From the NCBI GenBank assembly GCA_903861305.1, contig CAIOTT010000049.1:4265-68264 (forward strand): 64,000 nt of DNA, read 5' to 3'. This document shows, one piece after another, positions 57,209-64,000 of the stretch; within the stretch, counting starts at the first letter, position 1, and each line of letters opens with the position of its first letter. This DNA comes from Candidatus Omnitrophota bacterium (GTDB lineage Bacteria; Omnitrophota; Gorgyraeia; Zapsychrales; Fredricksoniimonadaceae). Both the position numbers and the translations under genes were made by a program. The notes beneath the pieces are model-generated. The model had not been told where the DNA came from. It was given only the letters and a program-made list of their open reading frames with translations, and did no database searches.

Positions 57209-57979
57209 ATGAAGCAGCTGCGCGTCGGCCTCAAGGTCTGGTCGACCAATCTCCAATTGGCCGATGATATAGCCCGGGGCTTTGACAAAGGGCTGTTCGA
57301 TTATGTTGAACTTTATGTTGTTTCAGGGAGCCTGCACAATACTCTGGAAGTGTGGCGTTCACTGGGGCTTAAATTCATCATCCATTGCCCGCATATGTTC
57401 AACGGCTTTAATCTTGCGGATCAGACATTGCGTTTGAGCAACCAGGAGAAATTCGCTGAGGCCCGTCTTTTTGCGGATGCTTTGTCGGTTGACACGATCA
57501 TCGTGCATTCGGGCAACGGCGGGCCGCTGCAGGAGGCGGCGGAACAGATGCGTTTATTGTCCGACGGCCGCATCTGTGTCGAGAACAAGCCCAAACTCGG
57601 CCATAACGGCGCGGTCTGTTTAGGGGCCACTCCGGATGAAGTGAAGGCGATTATGGATGGTGCCGGTATCAACGGGTTTGTCCTTGATTTCAGCCACGCG
57701 GTTTGCGCGGCGAATGTTCTGGGTGTCGACCTTATGGGGTTGTTAAGGGGTTTCATGTCGCTTAAACCGCGCCTCATGCATTTGAATGACGGGCCCCGGG
57801 ATGCTGTCCAGGACAAGCATATGAATTTAGGCCATGGATCTTTTGATCTGCGTGCTTTTGTCAGGATGATCCCTGATGGCGGCAGCGTTTCATTGGAAAC
57901 ACCGAATCAGCCCGGATCAGGGCTCAGGGATTTTTACGCGGACCGCCGATTCTTGTCGGGACTTCTGGAGGAGGGATAA
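57209..57979 (+). CDS. Xylose isomerase-like TIM-barrel protein (sugar phosphate isomerase/epimerase family)
   Basis: The pattern of conserved H/E/D-containing strands (IIHCPH, IIVHSG, VENKP, LDFSH, HLND) is consistent with the AP_endonuc_2 fold. Specificity is unknown. Confidence 0.5.
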   Translation: MKQLRVGLKVWSTNLQLADDIARGFDKGLFDYVELYVVSGSLHNTLEVWRSLGLKFIIHCPHMFNGFNLADQTLRLSNQEKFAEARLFADALSVDTIIVHSGNGGPLQEAAEQMRLLSDGRICVENKPKLGHNGAVCLGATPDEVKAIMDGAGINGFVLDFSHAVCAANVLGVDLMGLLRGFMSLKPRLMHLNDGPRDAVQDKHMNLGHGSFDLRAFVRMIPDGGSVSLETPNQPGSGLRDFYADRRFLSGLLEEG

Positions 57980-59056
57980 ATGCCGGATCATATTTTTTTG
58001 CAGGGACAGAAGGTCGGCAAAGGGTGCCCATGCTATGTTATCGCCGAGATCGGTTCGAACCATAATCGCGACATAGGCACAGCCAAGAAACTTATTGACG
58101 CCGCTAAAGAGGCGGGATGCGATGCCGTGAAGTTCCAGTCGTATACCGCCGAAGGCCTGTATTCTGTGTATACCCCGCGGCCTTCTGAAATAGAAGGCCG
58201 GAGCCATCCGGGTGAACGGCTGTATGATCTTATCAAAAGGATCGAGATGCCGGTGGCGTGGCACCGGCCGTTGAAAGAGTATTGCGATCAGGCGGGAATA
58301 TCGTTCTGCTCCACGCCTTTCGATGAGGGCATGGTTGATGTCCTGGAGCAGGTGCAGGTCCCTTTTTACAAGGTTGCATCATTCGAGATAACACATTATC
58401 CAATGCTCAGAAGGATCGCCAGGACGGGTAAGCCGGTCATCCTGGCTACCGGTAACAGCGGGCTGGATGACATTGAACGTGCCGTGGCCTGCCTGAAGGA
58501 TGCTGGCTGTTCGGACCTGGCGCTCCTGCATTGCGTCAGTCAGTACCCGGCACGGGAAGAGGACATGAATTTGAGGTGCATGGCCACATTGGTCCAGGCG
58601 TTTGACTGTGTGGTGGGGCTTTCAGACCACACGACAAACAGCCTGTCCGCAGCACTGTCGATCGTGTTGGGCGCGGCGATCATTGAGAAGCATATCACAT
58701 TGGATAAGGCGGCTTTCGGCCCGGACCATCCGTTTGCTCTGGAACCGGACGAATTGAAAGAGCTGGTCACCACAGTACGCCGGTCCGAGCGGATACTGGG
58801 CAGCGCTGTCAAGGCTGTCCGGTCAAGTGAGGCAGAGAACCATAAGATCGGCCGCCGGAGCCTTGTGGCAGCGCGTGATATCGCGGCCGGGGAATTGCTG
58901 ACCGAGGACAAGATCGCTGTTAAGCGGCCCGCGTTCGGCCTGCATCCGAAGTATTTGCCGGTATTGGAAGGAAAAAGGCTGGTCCGGGATATAAAAAAAG
59001 ACCAATGGTTGACCTGGGATCATTTTTTGAATGGAAAGGACAACGATGTTTCCTGA
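57980..59056 (+). CDS. Nonulosonic acid synthase (NeuB/PseI/LegI family) with C-terminal SAF domain
   Basis: CYVIAEIGSNHN..AKKLIDAAKEAGCDAVKFQ, the LSDHT motif, and a C-terminal SAF-like region (RRSLVAARDIAAGELLTEDKIAVKRP). Confidence 0.85.
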   Translation: MPDHIFLQGQKVGKGCPCYVIAEIGSNHNRDIGTAKKLIDAAKEAGCDAVKFQSYTAEGLYSVYTPRPSEIEGRSHPGERLYDLIKRIEMPVAWHRPLKEYCDQAGISFCSTPFDEGMVDVLEQVQVPFYKVASFEITHYPMLRRIARTGKPVILATGNSGLDDIERAVACLKDAGCSDLALLHCVSQYPAREEDMNLRCMATLVQAFDCVVGLSDHTTNSLSAALSIVLGAAIIEKHITLDKAAFGPDHPFALEPDELKELVTTVRRSERILGSAVKAVRSSEAENHKIGRRSLVAARDIAAGELLTEDKIAVKRPAFGLHPKYLPVLEGKRLVRDIKKDQWLTWDHFLNGKDNDVS

Positions 59057-59975
59057 AAAAATAAAGGCCAAACATGGAAAGCACCGGGTCGTGGTTGATG
59101 CCCGGTGGGGTTATGCGCGCCTTGACCCGCTCCCTTCTGAAAAAGAGATAGGGGAGTTTTATAAAAAGAAGTATTATGCGCTGATCAAGAAGGGCGGCCG
59201 CGCTCCCGAGTTGCGGCGGCAGATGGGGCCTGAGAAAGAACGCGATCTGGAAAAGAAATGGCTTCAGGAGACCTTGTATAAGGACATTAATTTTTTTCTG
59301 GGGGAATTGAGCTTTCTTAAAGGACGCCGCCTGATCGATGTCGGATGCGGGACCGGGCAGCTGATCGCAGGCATGCGGCGTTTGAAGTGGGATGTCGCGG
59401 GGATCGAGCCTTTTGAAGACAAGAACGTCATGCATGCGCAGGGAGTCTCAAACATATATACCCAGACGCTGGAAGAGTTCATTGCCGCGCATCCGGACCT
59501 CCTGGGCACGTACGATGTTGTTACGCTCATGAGTGTTCTGGAGCATTTGCTGGATCCGATCGCGGAATTGGAGAAGATCCGCAAGCTGGTCAGGAAAGAC
59601 ACGGGTGTGGTATGCGTCCGTGTGCCGAATGATTTCAATCCCCTGCAGTACCACGCGCAGAAGAAGAACCGCAAAGCCCCGTGGTGGGTCGCGGCGCCGG
59701 ACCATTTGAATTATTTTGATACGGTTTCTTTGCCTCGGATCCTTTCCCGCGTCGGATTCGAACCGCTTCTTGTTACGACGGATTTTCCCATGGAGCTCTT
59801 TTTGCTGATGGGTGATGATTACGTTGGTGATCAGCGGGTGGGCCGGGAATGCCACCGCAGGCGCGTGAATTTTGAACTTTCAGTGCCGGGTGAGCTAAGA
59901 AGGGGCCTGTATCGCTCATGGGCGCAGATGGGGCTTGGCCGGGACGTGATGGTGCTGGCCCGCAGGGTGCGATAG
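59046..59975 (+). CDS. Class I SAM-dependent methyltransferase
   Basis: SAM motif I LIDVGCGTGQLI and the downstream block VVTLMSVLEHLLDP. Confidence 0.75.
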   Translation: MFPEKIKAKHGKHRVVVDARWGYARLDPLPSEKEIGEFYKKKYYALIKKGGRAPELRRQMGPEKERDLEKKWLQETLYKDINFFLGELSFLKGRRLIDVGCGTGQLIAGMRRLKWDVAGIEPFEDKNVMHAQGVSNIYTQTLEEFIAAHPDLLGTYDVVTLMSVLEHLLDPIAELEKIRKLVRKDTGVVCVRVPNDFNPLQYHAQKKNRKAPWWVAAPDHLNYFDTVSLPRILSRVGFEPLLVTTDFPMELFLLMGDDYVGDQRVGRECHRRRVNFELSVPGELRRGLYRSWAQMGLGRDVMVLARRVR

Positions 59976-59983
59976 GAGAGACG

Positions 59984-60955
59984 ATGAATATCCTCATTAC
60001 GAGCGCTTCACGGAAGGTCTGGCTTGTCAGGGCTTTTCAGGAGGCCTTGCGGATGCGGTCCGGGACAGGCCGTGTTTTGACGGCTGATATGGACCCTTGG
60101 TCTGCGGCGCTGTACATTTCTGACGGGCACGTCCTTTTGCCTAAAATATCGGACGAGTCTTATGTCGGGACTATCATGGAAATATGCGAGCGTGAGGATG
60201 TGAAGCTTGTTGTTCCCACCCGTGATGAAGAGCTGCGGGTATTTTCCGGCCAGCGGGAGTATTTCAGCAAGCGCGGCGTTTCAGTCATGGTCAGTGATCA
60301 GGCGGCCATTGCCACATGCAGGGACAAGTATCAATTTCACGGGTTTTTAAAAGCCGCGTCTTTCCCGGCCCTGGGATCATGGCTGCCGGGGCAGGAGCCA
60401 TTGACATCATTGCCGTATCCTTTGTGTGTTAAGACACGTTTCGGCAGCGGGAGCAAACATGTTTTTAAAGCTGAAGATCCTCTTGAAGCCGAATTTTATG
60501 CGGCACGGGTCCCTGATCCCATGGCCCAGGAATTCCTCCAGGGCAAAGAGTATACGGTCGATGTTTTTGTGACACGTGGCGGGAAGGTTGTTTCGGCCGT
60601 TGTGCGTGAAAGGGTTGAGATCGTCGCAGGAGAGTCCTACAAATCGATCACGGTAAAAGATGACCGGATCCAGGCCCAGGCCGTGGCCCTTGTCGAGCGC
60701 CTTGGCCTGGCGGGTCATGTGACGGCCCAGTGCATCAAGTCGGAGCGGGGTATTTTTTTTATTGAGATCAATCCCCGTTTTGGCGGAGGAGCCTCGCTGG
60801 GTTTCAAGGCCGGGGCGCACACACCGTGTTTTTTATTGCAAGAATTGGCAGGGGAAGCGTTCGCAGGGCCTCTTGTCGCTTATGAAGAGGGCCTCGTATT
60901 ATTGAAGTATACAAGTGACTTCTTTCTCAGGGCAGACGGGATCTCCGGGAATTAG
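59984..60955 (+). CDS. ATP-grasp ligase
   Basis: MNILITSASRKVWLVRAF..VVPTRDEEL pre-ATP-grasp layout, and C-terminal EINPRFGGG. GGAGAG lies upstream of ATG 59984. Confidence 0.7.
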   Translation: MNILITSASRKVWLVRAFQEALRMRSGTGRVLTADMDPWSAALYISDGHVLLPKISDESYVGTIMEICEREDVKLVVPTRDEELRVFSGQREYFSKRGVSVMVSDQAAIATCRDKYQFHGFLKAASFPALGSWLPGQEPLTSLPYPLCVKTRFGSGSKHVFKAEDPLEAEFYAARVPDPMAQEFLQGKEYTVDVFVTRGGKVVSAVVRERVEIVAGESYKSITVKDDRIQAQAVALVERLGLAGHVTAQCIKSERGIFFIEINPRFGGGASLGFKAGAHTPCFLLQELAGEAFAGPLVAYEEGLVLLKYTSDFFLRADGISGN

Positions 60956-60974
60956 ATACCAGGTGAAGGTGACG

Positions 60975-62600
60975 ATGACACAAGAGATCCAGAAGAACAC
61001 AGTTGTCCTTTTTAAAGGAAAATCTTATCCTGACGACAGCCTCCGGGATCAGCGGCGCACTGCCATTATTCCGAACGCTCTGATAGCCATAGCGGCGCCG
61101 TTGCGGGATGCCGGGTGGCGCGTGGAGATCGTTGATCAGCATGATCCTGTCGAAAAGGTGTATGCCGCTCTCAAGCCCATTCTGGGGCGGGCCGTTTGCG
61201 TCGGGATCTCTGCGTTGACCGGCCATGAGATCGCCGAGGGGCTCCGGCTGTCGCGCCTGATCAAGGAAAGCCATCCGGAGTTGCCGATCATCTGGGGTGG
61301 GTGGCATGTTTCCATTTTGCCGGATGAATCGATCAAAAGCGCGTGCGTGGATATCGTCGTGCGGGGCCTCGGCCAGATCGTTTTCCCTAAACTTGTGAAC
61401 GCGCTCGCGAACGGGCAAGACCTGGCGGGGATCCCGGGTGTCCTTTTCAAAAAAGACAGCCGGGTGATCAGGACCCAGGAGGATAAGTCGGCAGGTTTGG
61501 CGGATGTCCCCCTTCCGGCGTTCGATCTTTTGGACCTTGATTTCTATCGTGAACAGTCATTGATGCTCAGGCGCAAGCCTGTTATCAATCAGATCCCGAT
61601 AACGGGTTATCTTTATTATGTAACGAGTTTTGGGTGCCCCTGCCAATGTGCTTTTTGTTGCAATGATGTGCTGTTCCAGCGCCGGTCCTATGCCTATCCG
61701 GTGGAAAAGGTGGTGGACCAGCTTAAATGGCTCGTCGAAGAAAAGGGGTTTAATTCGATCGGGCTTATTGATGCGAACTTTTTCGTCAACATTGAAAGAG
61801 TTAAGCGTTTTTGCCAGTTGATCATTGAAAAAAAGATCCCTTTTGTCTGGGACGCGCAGATGCATGTTGATGATATATTGCGGTATGAAAAGAAGGGTGT
61901 CCTCAAGCTCCTGAAGGATAGCGGTTGTTACCGTGTTAATGTCGGGTCAGAGAGCGGGTCTCAGGAGATCCTGGATTATATCCGCAAGAACATCACGGTC
62001 GAGCAAACAATCGAGTCGGCGCGTCTGCTGAAGAAGTACGATATTGAGGCGGCGTACAACTTTCTTTTCCGCCTCCCGAAGGTCGAGGAGCACCGGCATT
62101 TGAACGAAAGCTTCAGGCTGGCGCAAGCCCTTAAGGAGATTGATCCGGAGATATCCCTTCCGGTTTCCTTTTATGTTCCGTTCCCGGGAACTCCGATGTA
62201 TCGCGATGCCCTGGCGCGAGGCCTTCAAATGCCGGATACGCTTGAGGGGTGGGGGGATTTTGACAGCAATTATGACCGGGCCAGCCGCCAATCGTTCGCC
62301 TGGAGATCGGCCGAAAGAGAAGACCTGATCACGCGTGTCATGATGTTTTACATCCCCTTGGCGGTCCCCGGGAACATGCATCGCGGGACCCTGGTGCGCG
62401 TGCGGGATAAGATGAAGACATCAAAGTTCAGGGTTTTTATTTGGGCGGGGCATTGGCTTGCGAAACTACGGTTGAAGTATGCGTTCTTCGGTTTTCCGTT
62501 CGAGATCGGCATTTACAAGTTCTTTCATAATTTACGAGGCGGGCAGGAGTATGTCCCTGGCGGGAAATGCGATGTGGGGAAGCCGGCTGAATCGGATTGA
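60975..62600 (+). CDS. Cobalamin-binding (class B) radical SAM enzyme (divergent)
   Basis: N-terminal Rossmann-like B12-binding-type domain and cluster motif SFGCPCQCAFC. The GEGE motif is replaced by VRGLGQ. Confidence 0.7.
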   Translation: MTQEIQKNTVVLFKGKSYPDDSLRDQRRTAIIPNALIAIAAPLRDAGWRVEIVDQHDPVEKVYAALKPILGRAVCVGISALTGHEIAEGLRLSRLIKESHPELPIIWGGWHVSILPDESIKSACVDIVVRGLGQIVFPKLVNALANGQDLAGIPGVLFKKDSRVIRTQEDKSAGLADVPLPAFDLLDLDFYREQSLMLRRKPVINQIPITGYLYYVTSFGCPCQCAFCCNDVLFQRRSYAYPVEKVVDQLKWLVEEKGFNSIGLIDANFFVNIERVKRFCQLIIEKKIPFVWDAQMHVDDILRYEKKGVLKLLKDSGCYRVNVGSESGSQEILDYIRKNITVEQTIESARLLKKYDIEAAYNFLFRLPKVEEHRHLNESFRLAQALKEIDPEISLPVSFYVPFPGTPMYRDALARGLQMPDTLEGWGDFDSNYDRASRQSFAWRSAEREDLITRVMMFYIPLAVPGNMHRGTLVRVRDKMKTSKFRVFIWAGHWLAKLRLKYAFFGFPFEIGIYKFFHNLRGGQEYVPGGKCDVGKPAESD

Positions 62601-62642
62601 CGGGACCCCGGGGGGTTTTGTCCGGTCCGGCGATGGGAGAAT

Positions 62643-63329
62643 ATGGTGATAACGCGCGCGCTCCGGCCCCTCAGGGCGGTTATTTTTGACATGGACGACA
62701 CACTGTTTGATGAAATGCAGTTTGTGTCCGGTGGATTCAGGGCTGTTTCTGCGTTAGTTGCTGAGGCATGCCAAACGCCGGCGGAGCAAATTTATGATCG
62801 GCTTCTGGCGATCTTGTCGCGGCATGGACGGGGGCGGACGTTCGATCTTCTGTTGCAAGAGTTTCATCTGGAAGGAAAGATAAGTGTTGATCGTCTCGTT
62901 AACGTGTACCGGTCGCATGTTCCGCGGTTGACGCTTTATGACGATGCGCGCTGTTTATTGGGAGCTCTCAAGCGTGAGCGCTACCGCCTGGGCTTGCTTA
63001 CAGATGGTGATGCGCGTGTTCAGCGCAGCAAATTCTCAGCTTTGGGGCTTGAGGCTTATTTGGACGGCGCTGTTTTTTCTGATGATCACGGTTGCTGTAA
63101 ACCCAGCGCCGTGCCATATCTGGCCGCAGGAGAAAAATTAGGGGTGCCTTTATCCGAATCAGTTTATATCGGGGATAATCCCCATAAGGATTTTGTGACA
63201 GCGCGCAAGCTCGGCATGTTCACGATCAGGGTGCTGCGGGGGCCGTACAGGGAGGTCTGCCTTGAGCGGTCTTTCGAGGCGGATGCGCGGGTTAATGTGC
63301 TTGAGGAAGTTCTTGATGTCATTTCTTAA
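62643..63329 (+). CDS. HAD superfamily hydrolase/phosphatase
   Basis: Motif I VIFDMDDTLFD, motif II LGLLTDG, and motif IV YIGDNPHKD. Confidence 0.75.
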   Translation: MVITRALRPLRAVIFDMDDTLFDEMQFVSGGFRAVSALVAEACQTPAEQIYDRLLAILSRHGRGRTFDLLLQEFHLEGKISVDRLVNVYRSHVPRLTLYDDARCLLGALKRERYRLGLLTDGDARVQRSKFSALGLEAYLDGAVFSDDHGCCKPSAVPYLAAGEKLGVPLSESVYIGDNPHKDFVTARKLGMFTIRVLRGPYREVCLERSFEADARVNVLEEVLDVIS

Positions 63330-63373
63330 GCGGAGAGGGCCAGGATGCAAGGAGCAAACCGGAGGTTATCGTC

Positions 63374-63619
63374 ATGAATAACAGGGAAAAAATGTATAAG
63401 ATCTTGTCTGATGTCCTTGGTATTGATATCAATGCCATTGATGGGTCAACAGGCCTGGAAAATGTTGAGTCATGGGATTCTTTCAATGTCATTTTACTGG
63501 TATCGGAATTTGAACAGGCCTTTAACATAAAATTCACCATGCCGGAAGTCGAATGTTTCAAGTCTGTTAAAGATATCACTGATGTTTTGAAAAAAAGGAA
63601 CGTGGAGTTTCTGGATTGA
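63374..63619 (+). CDS. Acyl carrier protein
   Basis: 81-aa acidic helical protein with the phosphopantetheine-site context LENVESWDSFNVILLVSEFEQAF. Confidence 0.7.
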   Translation: MNNREKMYKILSDVLGIDINAIDGSTGLENVESWDSFNVILLVSEFEQAFNIKFTMPEVECFKSVKDITDVLKKRNVEFLD

Positions 63620-64000
63620 TGGGCCATAACCTGCTGAATGCCGATCTTGATGTTTTTGACAGCACCCGGGCCGTTTGGGTCGATGGTGACAAGAAGATAT
63701 TTCCACTGGATATCAAGCATGCCCTTGAAAAGATCGGCTTAAAAAAAGGCGATATTGTGATGTCGCATTTTGATCTGGGTGTTATTGGCAAACTGGGGGA
63801 TATCAAAGACGGGGATGAATTCTTTAATACCGTTATAAACACCATACTGGCTGTGGTCGGGTCCGACGGGGCGTTGATCGTGCCCGCCTTTTCGTATTCT
63901 TTTTGCAGGAATGAGGTTTTTGACATCGCCCATACGGTGCCGACGCTCGGACGTATGGCGCAGGTTGCTTTCAAGAGATACAAAGAGAACCAGGGCATGG
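63619..64000 (+). CDS. AAC(3)-fold (aminoglycoside 3-N-acetyltransferase-like) acyltransferase, 5' partial
   Basis: This ORF is not in the ORF track because it runs off the window. My translation from ATG 63619 (TGATG overlap with the ACP stop) is open for 127 codons. LEKIGLKKGDIVMSHFDLGVIG..ILAVVGSDGALIVPAFSYSF matches the Antibiotic_NAT N-terminal pattern. Confidence 0.6.
   Translation, partial: MGHNLLNADLDVFDSTRAVWVDGDKKIFPLDIKHALEKIGLKKGDIVMSHFDLGVIGKLGDIKDGDEFFNTVINTILAVVGSDGALIVPAFSYSFCRNEVFDIAHTVPTLGRMAQVAFKRYKENQGM

Overview
The window is almost entirely coding and has moderately high GC. It looks like a bacterial chromosomal segment, probably from an uncultivated anaerobe, but the taxon cannot be determined here. 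No rRNA, tRNA, CRISPR array, transposase or integrase was recognised. The left 16 kb carries envelope and signalling genes. These are a large secreted protein, a tandem-receiver response regulator, two tandem membrane proteins sharing a C-terminal four-Cys module, TPR proteins, an orphan ABC ATPase, an MBOAT O-acyltransferase with its partner, a PAS/GAF-GGDEF-EAL protein, and gap with a clear promoter and terminator. From about 16 kb to the right edge lies a very large glycan-biosynthesis region. After a consensus sigma70-like promoter at 26434-26461, 36 genes run on the + strand with no gap above 58 nt and many start/stop overlaps. The region includes a pseudaminic/legionaminic-type nonulosonic-acid core: PseB, a PseC-like transaminase fused to an RmlD-like reductase, a GNAT, a NeuB-like synthase and a cytidylyltransferase. 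The main observation is that nine radical SAM enzymes sit inside this sugar-nucleotide context. Six have the cobalamin-binding class B architecture and three are SPASM/twitch-like. They are accompanied by a split transketolase, two TylC3-like C-methyltransferases, four other methyltransferases, metF, three O-acyltransferase systems and an ACP-dependent acylation tail. I read this as the pathway for a heavily C-methylated, chain-modified and acylated sugar of unknown structure. All family assignments rest on motifs read by eye, because no searches were run.
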